In this document: piece after piece, positions 12,915-27,200 of the stretch
Layout of the letters: each line of letters opens with the position of its first letter
Numbering within the stretch: position 1 is the stretch's first letter
NCBI RefSeq assembly: GCF_032062105.1
Contig: NW_026931035.1
Span: 372,001 to 436,000 of the forward strand
Direction: 5' to 3'
From: Saccostrea cucullata
Lineage: Eukaryota
DNA: 64,000 bases
The notes under the pieces: generated by a model
What the model was told of the DNA's origin: nothing
What the model saw: only the letters and a program-made list of their open reading frames with translations
Database searches by the model: none
Program-made: the position numbers and the translations under genes

Positions 12915-13980
12915 AAACTAGATGATCCGCTCCTAAATATGTGGATACAACACAAGACGATATGCTCCTAAACATTTTAATACATAACAAGATGATCAGC
13001 TCGTAAACATGTGAATACAATACGAAGCCGATAATGATACTCTCCTAAGTATTTTGATACAAAACAAGATGATCCGCCCCTATACATTTTTATACAAAAT
13101 AATATGATCCGCTCCTATTCATGTTTATAATAAGATGATCCGCTCATAGACATGCTTATAATAAGATGATCCGCTCCTAAACATTTTGATACATAACAAG
13201 ACGATACACTCCTAAACATGTGGATACCAAACGAAATGATACTCTCTATTTTGATACAATACAAGATCATGATCCGCTTCTAGACATTTTGATACAAAAT
13301 AAGATGATACGCTCTTTAACATGTGGATACAAAACGAAATGATACTAGTCCTAAGTATTTTGATTCAAAACAAATTGGTCAGCTCATAGACATTTTGATA
13401 CATAACAAGATTATCTGCTCTGAAACATGTGGATACAATATGATATACTAAGTAACCCGGTCTTAAACATGTGTATACAAAACGAGATGAAACGCTTCTA
13501 AATGTTTTGATACCAAACTAGATGATCCGCTCATAGACATGCTTATAATAAGATGATCCGCTCCTAAACATTTTGATACATAACAAGACGATACACTCCT
13601 AAACATGTGGATACCAAACGAAATGATACTCTCTATTTTGATACAATACAAGATCATGATCCGCTCCTAGACATTTTGATACAAAATAAGATGATACGCT
13701 CTTTAACATGTGGATACAAAACGAAATGATACTAGTCCTAAGTATTTTGATTCAAAACAAATGAGTGAGCTCCTAGACATTTTGATACATAACAAGATTA
13801 TCTGCTCTGAAACATGTGTTTACAATATGATATACTAAGTAACCCGGTCTTAAACATGTGTATACAAAACGAGATGAAACGCTTCTAAATGTTTTGATAC
13901 CAAACTAGATGATCCGCTGCTAGACATTTTGATACAAAAGAAGTTGATCCGCTTCTTAACATGTGGATACAAAACGATAT
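12915..13980. repeat. Degenerate ~35-bp minisatellite with 387-bp higher-order repeat
   Basis: Monomer ~gatgatccgctcctagacattttgatacaaaataa; near-identical blocks start at 13134, 13521 and (partial) 13908. Confidence 0.9.
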
Positions 13981-14021
13981 AACCATCAATGTTAGCTTGC
14001 TCTTGGGGTGAAAAACAAAAC

Positions 14022-14688
14022 AAAACTAGAGGTACTGTGAGCAATGAGCTCACTAAATAATACCCCCCGCCTCCCATATGAATAATATATGGCAGTAATC
14101 CATGTTTTGCTCTGGAAAATTCAAAGTATATGTCAGATCAAAAAGTAAAATAGGAGGTGCACAATGGCAATATGTAATCAAGATTCTGTGAAAGTTTCAT
14201 TAAATTTCCTTCATTGGTATGAGAGGAGTTGCGGATAATTTAAGAGAAGGGTACCCCAAAGCGTAACAGACGGACAGACGGACGGACGGACCCACGAAAT
14301 GCAGGTTATGTGATTGACAAATTTATGTGACTTTTTCCAAATTTATGTGACTTTTTCCAAAAAAATTATGTGGCGCAAAACATGATACATGGGGTAAGGG
14401 AGGTAAATCTCAAAACCTTTTGACGGACGTCCATATACGGACAATATTGTCCGTATTTTTTTATGTGACACTTCTTTAGAGTGATTTTTAAGTCACATAA
14501 CACTCATTTCTGCTAAAAAAAATCAAATTTGTATGTGACAGTCACATAAAACAAAAGAGTCACATAAATCTTAAATGGGCACAAAAACTGTCACTTAACC
14601 ATTATTTCGTGAGAACGGACAGACGTACAGACGGACGGAATTAACGATTACTATATACCCTCCCGCTTTTCAAGCGGGGGGTATAACA
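14022..14688 (-). mobile_element. HINE-like element carrying a nested ~320-bp TIR MITE (14291-14613)
   Basis: aaactagaggtactgtgagc...gctcac start, (GGAC)n tract split by an insert with cacgaaat/atttcgtg ends, terminal hairpin cccgcttt-caagcggg; relatives at 36555-37000 and 54411-54630. Confidence 0.75.
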
Positions 14689-15117
14689 ATCAACATAACA
14701 TTTATCACAAATATTAAAACGGTCAATTTATTATCCTTGTTTCATGCACTTAGAATCAGGGAAGGGGGGGGGGGGGGTAAGTAAGTTCTTTAGTAAGATA
14801 AACCCCCCTCCCTAGCTACATCCCTCAGACTAGTAGAAATTTTAAAATCTTAAAGATTATGGTTCTGATTTTGCCTTGCACGATTTATTAAGAAAATTAT
14901 TTTTGTTTATTTGCAGACTCCATCAAACATTCAATCAAAGGGGTCCAACTCTAATTCAACAAACGTCATTCTAGGGAATTTCTTCACAACACCAAACAAA
15001 TATTGAAACATCAATTAATTGCCCAAACCTGGAAATTATATTTCGGGGGAAGGTGGGGATAATTTTCTTATTCAATTTTCTTCAGAGAGATGACTCTTTT
15101 TGCCGTTGTAAAAGGGG

Positions 15118-15443
15118 CAGGGACGTAGCATCCGGGGGGGCCAGGGGGGCCCGGCCCCCCCCACTTTTTTCCCCAACATAACCTTTACTATAGTAAATGT
15201 TCATTGATGGGATGGTTGGCCCCCCCACTTTATAACCATAGTATAGTGATAGCAAGGATTGATAGGAAAAAATTTGAAGTGGTAGTAAGTTGGCTTTGAA
15301 AAAGTTGGCCACTAACCCCCCCCCCTGAGTTTGGACAACTTTTAATTTTCGTTTTTTTTTTTTGCTTGTCAACTTTTTCAGGTAAGTAAAAAAAATTTTC
15401 TCTGGTTGGCCCCCCCACTTTCAAAAACGATGCTACGTGCCTG
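15118..15443. mobile_element. MITE with 5-bp TSD (agggg)
   Basis: TIR cagggacgtagcatc / gatgctacgtgcctg; agggg on both flanks. Confidence 0.75.
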
Positions 15444-15544
15444 AGGGGTACTTATTTCCTAAAGGTTATTCAATATTGAACATGGAAATTTAATAAATCT
15501 CTCTGAAGGGATTCCGGACGCCCCGTCCCCTCTTTTAGATCCAT

Positions 15545-15830
15545 CCCCAGTAATAGTTTTTTCCGGAACATTTCGCGCTGTCCGGAAGCGTTTCAATCGG
15601 CAATCCTCGGCTGACTCCGCTACGCTCCATTCAAACTGTGCGAGGTACGAGTCATCCGAGGAAATCCGAGTGGAAGCGTTTAGAAGTTATTCAAATGAAG
15701 GGCGATAACTCGATCTTCATTCATTATCATTTTATCCCAGATGAGCATCTTATTTTTATTTAATGATGAACGATGAAGGTGATTGAGTGTTTTATGACAG
15801 GATTTGTTTACCACTAATTGTTATAGGTAC
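15545..15830 (+). promoter_or_regulatory. Probable promoter / first non-coding exon of the membrane-protein gene
   Basis: Local CpG-rich island with two CCGGAA ETS-like motifs, followed by a candidate donor (ag|gtacgt at ~15827). Confidence 0.35.
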
Positions 15831-17352
15831 GTAATGTCAGATTTATGATTTCATTTTGATCTAGATAATCACCCTTTGTCGTGTCGTTTGTTGTGATGCT
15901 GCTCCTGTGTTCAGGGATGCAGCTTTGTGTGGACTGTCATTTTTCAGTCAATAGTGAATCATTTCTGTAACCAAAACATTTAGGATGAAAAATGATAATT
16001 TTATTTTTTTTTTTAAATTATTATAATTTAAAAAGTTTGAAAATTGAGTATGGCTCAGCCTCGTGGATCTGATGCGAACTGCTGAATTATTATATAAATA
16101 TATTCTCTGATAATGCTTGCTTGAGGAAAAATGTCTTGAGAAAGATGACAGTTGACCGCGTGAATTACAGTGATATATAAAGTTAAAAATGTTTGTGTCT
16201 ATAGGTCCTATGTTTTCTAGTGTTTACCTTCAGATTTTGTGATCAGGATGAAAATATTATCCTCAGATCGTTACTTAAACTTACTTTAATTAATATAGAT
16301 AGTATCCGTTTTTTAAGGAAATTTGAGATATTGTTACATTTTGTATGTCATACCTTAGTTATAAATAATTTTTCTTTGTAAAATATAACAAAAGCAATTC
16401 AAATAATATTTAATCTAAAGGTGTACTGTGCAGCAGCAGACACAATTTTTAGAAATATATACTTGACGAAAAATAAAAAGGGCATAATTCTAGGACAATG
16501 AATTTAGGGCTTCTGATGATATAAATATTTTTTAACTGGTTAGTAAGGCTAGTAGATTGCAGTTCAAAGGATTATTATTAACTGAAGCATGAAAGGACAG
16601 TCAACTTGATAAATGTTAGGGGTAGGCTGGGGTATAGTCAATATATAAAATGCTAGGTGATTTACTAAAAATTTTGATTCGATCCTATGAACAGACAGAA
16701 TATCAGAGTATGTCATCTAAATAGGCTACCTGTATCATTCTTTGAAATCATCATTACATAATTGATCAGGTGATAAAGTTAGGATGATGTTAATGATTTT
16801 TCAGTAGCTGAATTTTAATATTTTAGAGTCCTCTATTTGCATTGCAGTGCCTGTGTTATACAGTTAATTTGAGAGGAACCTTTGATGTTTCTGTGGAAAT
16901 GCTCAATATTCATACATATTTAATCAATTAATTATCTGACACTCGAATGAGCTTTAGTTGCATTTGTTTGTGATTGATCTGTCAGACTGCGCAAACATTA
17001 GTTTTATCTCGGACTTATACTCCAACAGTGCCCTGAGTATCAGATTACACACAAGCTGAGAAGTAAAGCATTCTATCTCTAAAATCACATGCTTGAGGAT
17101 GAATTTGATACTATAACAGTAGGTATGATACAAGTCACAAGCTCTCTTTGATATTACATGTATAGCTGTTATTGATTGTGTACATCATTAGGAAAAAAAC
17201 ATGTTTAAAAAAAGCTAGCAACAATGAGTTGACATATTTACATGTAATTGTCAGTTTGACATTTAGTGAGAGACATATTATATGTAGGCCTACAATATTT
17301 AGTATTTTGAAAAGATGTCACTAAATTTTAGTGATTACAGAGTCAGGCACAG

Positions 17353-17514
17353 ATCCAGGATTTTTTTTTTCAAATAAAAGGGGATAGGGTATTTAAAAAT
17401 CCAACCCAGACTTGGCAAGAAAAAAGTGAATATATCCAGGATTTTTTTTTTCAAATAAAAGGGGATAGGGTATTTAAAAATCCAACCCAGACTTGGCAAG
17501 AAAAAAGTGAATAT
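17353..17514. repeat. Exact 81-bp tandem duplication
   Basis: atccaggattttttttttcaaataaaagggg...gtgaatat at 17353 and 17434. Confidence 0.9.
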
Positions 17515-20446
17515 CTCTCCCAAGCATAAAAAACCTCTATTTTGTAGGTGGGTGGTCATGACTTACTTCTATCACTTCATGAGCATCATTTGTTTGACTT
17601 TTCCTACCACTAAACATGCATGGGTCCACATTTTCTGGGGAGAGGGGTTCCAAGGTCACTTTTAATTCCTTAAGTACATGTGTATACATTGAATAAAACT
17701 GCAAATCCCAGGGGAGGGTTTGCCCATGACCCAACCTATAGATCTGCATATGAGATTTTTGGGTTTGTGAGAAAACAAAGAGGTCAGGGGATCCATTCCC
17801 ATAATGAAACTTTACATTGTCATTAGGATGATTTGCAGGTTTATAATTTATAACTGGGTTTTTTTTGTGTGACATTTGAAAAATAATGAATTTAATTAGT
17901 GTTAAATCTTATCAGAAACCTTTTTTTTTTCCAATGTAGAATTAAAATATGATTTAATTTCAAGAGAACTTTTGATTTATTGAAAAATTTCCTTAATAAA
18001 TTTATAAATTATATTATGAATTTTCAAGTAAGAAATGAAAAACTTTGTTAATTTTCAGCTAGATCTGCTTTTTTAAAAAAATATTTTTGAATGAAATTGA
18101 GCATAGCATATGAACATTAATTCTTGATTATTTATTCATCTACATCTACTGTATTCACAACAATCTTTAACTATAAGTTTGTGTAAAAATAGAATATAAA
18201 TGGAGATCATCAGCAAATGTGCCTATACAATAAAATATACACCAGAAATCTTAACTTGTGAGACTCAAGGCAGCATTGTGGAGTTTTATTGTTGATGGTA
18301 AAGATATTTTGGTAAAAAATGTCAGTGGCCTGTGACAGGTAAATAGAGTCATCATCCACTCTGTCATACAGATTTCTTCATAATAGAAACCTCTCTCCTA
18401 TTATAGCATTACCATCAATGGTGGCCAACTGGAGGCCATAGCTATTTAATGATGTTATGCTAATATAGCATTTTCTTTCCTTTTTTTATTGACATCTCGA
18501 GGGAATTTCTCTTAATTGAACAAACAAGTACTGAATCTGTCATGTTCTGTGTCGTGAATGAGGTTCGTATTTCATAATTGCGGGATTCTGATTCACAATA
18601 GGCAAACATGGAGAGGCAAGCTTTAGCCTTCAGGTTGACAGAAAAATGAAGCTATTCACATCAGAGTCTCTAGATTTACATTTTTGGTGTGTTTTGATGT
18701 GAATGTTAAAAGTGGAAGATTTTAAATAAATGATGCCTCATTGTCTAATATTGAGCATGATCCTGTTAATTGATAGAATTAGAGAATATACTGTGACTGT
18801 AGGAGTCTGAATGCTTTACTGAAAAAGTTCATTAAATTTTGATTTTCGAGTGTAGTAAAAATTCATTAAGACTTAAATGAAAATATAAAAAAGAAAAGGT
18901 TAGATTAAAATAAAATAATTTTACATATTTTGAAATGAATGAACTAGAATTTAACTAATGTAGGTGGAAAATCCTAGTAATTGACCATAATGAAATCTTG
19001 ATTTTAAGCTTTACAAGTCGGTTAGAATATTATTGGAAAATATTCACAAACAGGGTTAGGGTTAGGGTTTTTAGGGCAAATAATATTAATGTGGGTAGAC
19101 TGAATTCCTCTCTTTCCAAGCTATACATCCTGTACAGCAGGCAGTAAAAAACACATGGCCTCACTTTTACAAAATCTATCAAAACCTATCACATTTTACA
19201 CAGGTAAACGCAGGTTGTTAACAGTTTCCATGTGGTGTAGGCTTGCTTCCTTTATATTCAAACAAAACACATTGATTATTTATTCATACACTGCAGCTGC
19301 AGGTGGGATCATAAGAGATAGGGTAATTTTGTGCATATGTCTATCTCGTGCACATAATCATGATAATGTACCATATTCACTCCTGTGAACTATTTAGAAA
19401 ACTGGAAAAGAAGGGGAAAGTGGGGAGGGAGGGGCAGGAAAGTTGACAATGAGTCCAAAATTAAAACAAACTTGAGTTAGTCAAGATATAACTGTGTAAA
19501 TAGAAAAGACCTTGACAATAATTTTACAATAAGAAATCTGTGCTTTTCTGCAGGTGGAAGAAATAAAGCAGTTTCAGTCCTTCTCTGTCATTTTATGAAT
19601 CAGACAACACAGATGACAAGTTACAGGTTGATTTTATTTAGTCCAAACATTACATGTATTGGCAGGGCTCTTTATTAGAGTATATGTCTCTGATTATAAG
19701 AGACGGTGACATTTCAGAAAAGTGTTTCTTGTGTGTCTGTGTGTTAAAAAGCTACAACAAACAAATTTTAACAAAGAAAACTCATTACAAAGTTGTAATG
19801 TTTGAACATGCTAAATATATGATTTTACTGGACTTTGACCTTGGACCCACCATCAAACACTCTGTTTGACTTTCTAAGGACCTCAGCATACAGTGCCTAT
19901 GTCCCTCAACATTTAGGATCCACATCTGTGATTCTTAGTCACATAAGTAAAATACTGGACATTATATGTTGTTGACCAATTTGTGAGTATGTATAAAGCA
20001 CAGTTCATTGAAACATGTGGGAGAAAGTGTAGGCATATAATATATATTGCAATAAATTCTGAAAGTCTGACTATTATATTTATCAATTATGGAATAAATT
20101 TCACAACAATTAAGTGCCCACATACATGGGAAATTAGAAAATGATTAATACATCCTGAAACTCATCATCCTGCTTTTTGTAATAAAGGGAGATTTCTGGC
20201 CATCTTATGGGTATGTCCATATTGATACATGTTCCTTTGATCATGCAAATAAGTCATTCCTTTTGGATTACTATAGAAGTACAACACAGAGATGGACAGA
20301 ATTGATCAACACGCTGGTCACTGTAATACAATCAGACATAATCAGATTAGCATATTGACAATGTCCCTGCGTCTTTTCATAAGAGGAGTCTGTGTATTGA
20401 TTAATTGTATTTCACTGTCAGTTGATGGTCATTGTCAAGATCTCCT

Positions 20447-22021
20447 TGTTTGTATTGATAGGTTCTGAGTATAGGAAGGGCCATACTGGTTTCTTTGTTC
20501 TTTGTTTGTATTGATAGGTTCTGAGTATAGGAAGGGCCATACTGATCTCTTTGTTTGTATTGATAGGTTCTGAATATAGGAAGGGCCATACTTGTTTCTT
20601 TGTTCTGTGTTTGTATCGATAGGTTCTGAGTGTAGGAAGGGCCATACTGATCTCTTTGTTTGTATTGATATGTTCCCAGTATAGGAAGGGCCATACTGAT
20701 CTCTTTGTTTGTATTGATACAGACTTGTCGAAATCCGTCGGTCCTGTCGGCAAGGCCGGTAAAAATTTGTCTGGACCGATAACATTTAAGAAAGCGTCGG
20801 TCCAGATGACCGTTTGAAAAAAATTGAGCGTAATGCAAATTTAATAAAGGTCAGGATCGGGATGCATAGTTAAAGGTCACAAACACAGAAAGAATGGCCG
20901 CGTACGCGGCATGTTGACGATAGCCAAGTAAATTTTTTATAACAAAGTCATAAAACATGTCATTTATGTCTATGTTAAAGACTCTCTATCTCAAGAAAGG
21001 AAACTTTTTAGATTGAAGGCTATTGAAAATAATAATGGACATTTTGGTGCTGTCATTTATATGACTTTCTCAGCGTCAAAATAAGGTACCAAGTTTATTG
21101 TCTGACAAAAGTTTGACTGGTCCAACAGAACATCTCTTTGTGATTAAAAAATTTTATTGATAGGTTCTGAGTGTAGGAAGGGCCATACTGATCTCTTTGT
21201 TTATATTGATAGGTTCTGAGTATAGGAAGGGCAGTACAGATCTCTTTGTTTATATTGATAGGTTCTGAGTATAGGAAGAGCAATAATGATCTTACTTGTT
21301 TGTATTGATAGGTTCTGAGTGTAGGAAGGGCCATACTGATCTCTTTGTTTGTATTGATAGGTTCTGAGTATAGGAAGGGAAATACTGATCTCTTTGTTTA
21401 TATTGATAGGTTCTGAGTATAGGAAGGGCAATACAGATCTCTTTGTTTGTATTGATAGGTTCTGAGTATAAGAGGGGCCATACTGATCTCTCTGTCTGTA
21501 TTGATAGGTTCTCAATATGCCATATACATCTCTTTGTATTTGTAGGAAGGGCCATATTGATAGATATGTTCTCAGTATAGGAATCTCTTTGTTTGGGGTT
21601 CCAATATAGTAAGGGCCATACTGATCTCTTTGTTTGTATTGATAGGTTCTGAGTATAAGAAGGGCCATACTGATCTCTTTGTTTGTTTTGATAGGTTCTG
21701 AGTATAGGAAGGGCCATACTGATCTCTTTGTTTGTATTGATAGGTTCTGAGTATAGGAAGGGCCATACTGATCTCTTTGTTTGTATTGATAGGTTCTGAG
21801 TATAGGAAGGGCCATATTGATCTCTTTGTTTGTATTGATAGGTTCTGAGTATAGGAAGGGCAATACTGATCTCTTTGTTTGTATTGATAGGTTCTGAGTA
21901 AAGGAAGGGCAATACTGGTTTCTTTGTTCCTAGTTTGTATTGATAGGTTCTGAGTATAGAAAGGGCCATACTGATCTCTTTGTTTGTATTGATAGGTTGT
22001 GAGTATAGGAAAGGCCATACA
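20447..22021. repeat. 49-bp minisatellite array (~20+ copies) interrupted by a TE fragment
   Basis: Unit ttgtttgtattgataggttctgagtataggaagggccatactgatctct (period 49, e.g. 21721/21770), with some 59-bp variants. Confidence 0.95.
20720..21150 (+). mobile_element. Truncated hAT-like MITE inserted in the minisatellite
   Basis: Starts cagacttgtcgaaatccgtcggtcctgtcgg; subterminal motifs like those of 30171-31099; no right TIR seen. Confidence 0.5.
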
Positions 22022-22534
22022 GATATAGTTGCTAGTTTTTAGGAGTAAATCTGTCTTGAGAACTTTATGACTTACCAGTGAGTGTAAGAAACACAGTGGT
22101 TCTCATTTGGAGGAAATAGTTATGCATGTATTAGTCTCTGGTCTCCAACTTATGAAACCAGAAGATTCTAAAGGTTTCCTCTGTGCCTGACAATGTGTGT
22201 AACTGTCTGTCTGTCCCATTTGGTTTTCTGCACTTATTTACTATATGCTTGCATACATTGAGCTGATTTGTGATATGCAAGTGTATTTTGATGAGCTGCA
22301 GATCAAGTTTCCATTTTGTCTTTACTCTTGAGTCTTCATTCATTTATCCTTGACAAGATATGGGGCATATTCTTAGATTTTTTCATGCAGAAAAGAAACA
22401 TCTAAGGCAGTTAGGCAATTACCAAATACATAAAGTGCAAGTGCTCCCAGATAATCCCCACATCCCAACATGAACTTCTGGATCTGCCACTAGTACTGCT
22501 GCCCCAAAGTCTACAGCCATGTTGGAAGGAAAGT

Positions 22535-22900
22535 TTTTTTGTCCCCCGCTTGAAAAGTGGGGGATATTAATTTGGGTTTCGTTTCCACACGATATCTCGA
22601 GAACCCTTTGAGCTTTTGCAATGAAATTTAGCATAGCAACTCCCTATGGACTAAAGAGGACCCCTATTGATTTTGAGGTCAAAAGGTCAAAGGTCAAGGT
22701 CATAAGTAAGCAAATTCTGTCTGTTAAAACACTTTTTCCACACGATATCTCGAGAACCATTTGAGCTATTGCAATGAAATTTTACATAACTCCCTGTGGC
22801 CTAATGAAGACCCCTATTGATTTTGAGGTCAAAAGGTCAAAGTTCAAGGTCGTAAATTTATACATTCTGTCTGTGTGTAACACTATCATTTCCGGGCGAT
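22535..22900 (+). mobile_element. HINE-like fragment with two internal units
   Basis: Hairpin cccccgctt-gaaaagtgggg; duplicated gattttgaggtcaaaaggtcaaag unit. Confidence 0.65.
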
Positions 22901-23237
22901 ATTTCAAGAAGATTTTGAGCTTATGCAATGTAATGTTATACCAAAACTCCCTAGGACGTCTCTCGCCCCTCTCAAAGTGCCCCGCCCCGTTTGTTTTATT
23001 AGTATTTATAGTATGACGTCGCTATTTTTAGCACAGGGGCATGAGGAGAGTTATTGCGTATAAAACAGGTTCTCGGCGGACTTTATGTTCTTATTACATC
23101 TATTAGAACTGTTTAATAAAGGCTAAATAAATCAAACACCATGGATTGTGTAAAATTTTGAGAATACCGAACATGAAAACATAAATATATACATGTATGT
23201 GACTTCAGTTCTGCATATACTTCACACCATTTAACGC

Positions 23238-23308
23238 GATTCCGTGGTCTAGTGGTTATGTCACTCGCTTCAAAACTGCGAGGTCCCGGGATCGAATCTC
23301 GGCCGATC
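23238..23308 (+). pseudogene. tRNA-derived pseudogene / SINE-like head
   Basis: A box tggtctagtgg, stem ctcgc/gcgag, T arm ccggg-atcgaat-ctcgg, followed by a poly-T run; acceptor stem broken and 9-nt anticodon loop. Confidence 0.55.
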
Positions 23309-24223
23309 CTTTCTTTTTTTTTTTTTTTTAAATACTTTTTTATTTTACTAAATGATAGTATTCAGCATGTGAAATGAAAAATTTATGAGGTTATAAAATC
23401 ATCATTACAGTGTGATAAATATTCCATATAAAAAAATCTTCTATACACATAATAAAGAATAAGCAATCAAATCTTTATATGCATATTGACATACATGTAT
23501 TTTATTTGCTTCAGTATACATGTATACATTTAATAATTCTACAAATTCAGTCAGGGGGAGCCGACTTTTTCCCTAAGCGGGGGACACGAATTCTCTGAAT
23601 TTTTTATATATCAGTTTTTACTGATCATACAAAGACTTTGTCTTAAAAGTATACATTTAGAGTATAAATGTAACAGTTGTTATTTTATAGGGACACAACT
23701 ACTGAAAAAAAAAAATTGAATGCGATCACTGACCGATGTGTCAATTCATAGTGCTCAGTAAAATTATTGTCTATATCTGCTATAAGATTTGTGCATTGGG
23801 CAGCAGACCGTTACATTCATGTAGAGGTAACAAAGAGGACACAGTTTATGTGACACCTGATGGTGTTTTTTACGGAGCACCCGAATAGTCTGTATCTGAT
23901 TATCACATAAAATCACAGAGCTTTTGTGGGATGTGTGTGCTTTTGGTGAATCTTTTTTATTTCATACAGGTAAACCATATTCATCATAGAAAGTTCTATA
24001 AGCAACAGAGGTATCTTTTATGTTTAAAATATTTTTAATGAAAATATGACAATGTATTGATTTAGAGAATGTGCACAGGTGCAGGGCTGAACAATTAATG
24101 TGAAAAAAATTATAGCTATCCAACTTCATGAATGGGAGCAGCTCAGCAGCAAAGTTTTGATTTGTTTAACATTCATTTTATGTTTGTTTTTTTTGTAGAT
24201 GGTGTTGAGATGACAGAGTAACT

Positions 24224-27200
24224 ATGTCTGTGAAGCCCGACTCCTTGACCCCTCTCACAGTATTAATCATCTCCCTACTACCCTGTTGTTTCTGTGTTCA
24301 GAAGGCCGGTGAGTGGGTACAATACAAACATTAATTAGGAAAAAACTTATAATCTGTATCAATGTTGATTAATTATCGATTGTTTGTATTTCATTTTGTA
24401 TAAGGATTTTTAATTGATATTCTTCAATGAGTGTTGTCTAAGTGAGAAATAATTATCCATAAGGAACTGTGAATGAGGAATATTTGATGATGTGAAAATA
24501 TTGAGGAAATTGACATATGACTAATTAATAATGAACAAAATTTTATTTCATCAACATTTCCACCCATGTTAAAGAGCAGTCTTATAGGTAGCATTAAATC
24601 TTAAAGCATTCAACCCTTCAATGTAACCAGATTTACTCTAGGGATTTTTTAAACACCTACAACTTAGTCTAATGAAAAGTCAGTGAGCAGTTTATGTCTG
24701 GTAGTATTAGATCTTCAAACTTTCAACCCCTCAATATAACCTCATTTACAAAAGTTGTTGATGTTATATGAAACTAGAAATTAACAGAACCTAACGCTAA
24801 GGTTTTCATTATGTAATCACAATCTGCATGCTATGGTTTTCTTTCTGTAGTCACGATAGAGGACCCCTGTACTGATGGACAGACATACACGCTCGGTCGT
24901 GATGGCTTGATCGTCATTAAGGCCATCGGGAACAAGTTTTTTACTGGTTCCTGTTTGGTAACTTTGCGGGCAGAGGACCCTCGCTATCAGTGCTCCAAGC
25001 TGTGCTTCTCTGTGGATGCCTTTAAGCTTCAGACCTGTGGTCTACGACTTGCCTTCTATGATACCGGTGTATGGAATTATGGGTCAGCTCCGCCGGCCTG
25101 GGTAAGTATAATGATAGACAAAGAGACATGCCTCGCTATAATGTCCATTGCAGGACATACAACGCCAGATGTACGTTGGCCGATGTCATCCATGACACTC
25201 TACAGTTTAATTAAGTCACAGTCACACATACTGTATAGCTGAGCTAGTATAAAGCTTTTGTAAAAAACCAGAAAATTCACCCCACCCCTTTAGGTCAACA
25301 AAACCCTCTGCAATTGAAAAAAAAAACCAAATGCAAAAAAAAGGGGTCACATTCAGACGTGATTTCTGCAACAGCCACTCCAAAAGGAATTGATTTATTA
25401 AATCTTATGTGTATTTTGGAAAGAAAGGGGGGGGGGCAGTGTATATGCATGTTAAAACCCTAAATTTTGAAACAAGGTTGCCTAATGGCTAGACCATCAA
25501 CCTCTGATCTTCAAATTTACTAGATTGAGTATCCTATGCTTTGATTGATTTGAGGTATAACTTAGCATACAAGTAGACTACACAAAGATACACAATTCTG
25601 TCCCGGTTAAAGTTTTTGATGAGCTGTGTTCCATTACTAAAAAAGTAACTATGAAAGCAAAATTACCCGGACCAAACTTGCATGGATGATGCAATATAAT
25701 GGCACACAAGTAGACTTGTTTGAGATACATAATTCTGTGACCTACATTTTTTAAGATTGCTGTGGTTACTAAAAATAGAGATTTCTGTGAAACTATAAGC
25801 CCTACCCTCCTACCAAACTTGCATGGATGATTGCATCTTGGGATGGACTACACTGAGATACACAATTGCTTCGGTTTTTGATTTTTATGAACACATTTTC
25901 CAACTAAAGTGACTTCCTGTAAAATTTTTCAAAATACCTCATCCCCCATAATTTTAAGACCTATTTCAATATAACTTGGCACACAATATTATTGAGATAC
26001 ATAAACCAACTGTTTTGAAAATATGAATGGTGTTGATTTGCATTACCTAAAAATAAGATTTCTGTGAAATTGTTTCAAAATCTTTGATTACCTATGTTTT
26101 ATATATGGTATTTTAAGCTGTCAACTATCATTTGGCAAGGAAAATTTTACACATTTTAGTTTTAAAATTTGCCCAATATTGTATATCTTCATATGGTCCA
26201 GAGCTCTTCTTCTAAAGGAGATCAATATAGTCTAAAAATGGCCTCACCCCCATCAGTTTTAAGCCCATTTCAATATAATTTTGCACTGAATTATTTGTTC
26301 AATATTGTAATGAAATGAAACTGATGTTTAATTGGGAGAATTATTTCAGAACAGGTCAATCTTAAAATCATAATTTTTTCATTTATTTAGCTTTTGAAAC
26401 CATCAGATTAACTTGAAAAATATAATGTGGCTCCCGCTCTCTCCCATTAAAAAAAAAAGATTTAATAAAAAAAAAATTATTCTATTTACTGCTGTTTTCC
26501 TGCATTCAGTCATTTCCAGAATAGAAATATTGTGAATGCCATCCACTTCTGTTTTATTAAGAATCTGATTTTTTAACTTATACGAACCTTTTGTTAAAAT
26601 GCAAATAAGAGAAAGCTACAACTTGCCGGATATATTTACACAGCAATCCGACTATGAAATAATATGCAAAGATTTAAAGATTCATTTACACATACAGAAG
26701 CCTGCAGCAGCATTTCAGAACATGACAATGGCTGATCAATAATCAATTATGTAAGTGTCCATGACAATCTCTTGTATCATTCCCAAAAGTCGTTTCAGGC
26801 TCAGAAATCACAGAGCAAGAACTACCTGGTAAAAATCAATCTTTATATCTCCGTCCATTTACGGAGACGTCCTTTATGTCTCTTGATGTCTTTGAATGCT
26901 ATATCTGCTCCATTGTTCCGCTGCGGAAGAACTTGATGGCCTGAAAGTATCCATTATTACCTAGCGTTATTAAGAATAGCTGCAAACTAGCGTTATAGAT
27001 TTTCAAATTGATGTGTCTTCGGCAAACACCCATTAAGGAATTTAAATTGAAATTTTATACACCATGTAAATGATGCTTGGAATCGCTTAAAGGGATATAT
27101 TTCTCAGTCGGAAAGTGAAGGTCTATTTTTCTTTATTGGTTTAATGTTTCCTCTGGTTAGCTGTAAATTCCAAGACAGGAAGAAAATTAGATTAGATTGA

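Noticed and set aside
12915-13980. CRISPR-like appearance
   Set aside because: No unique spacers, no cas genes, eukaryotic context; it is a degenerate tandem repeat.
19052-19069. Telomere-like TTAGGG repeats
   Set aside because: Only ~2.5 units; expected by chance.
20401-22018. ORFs of 111-225 aa in the track
   Set aside because: Products of the stop-free 49-bp repeat; no gene structure.
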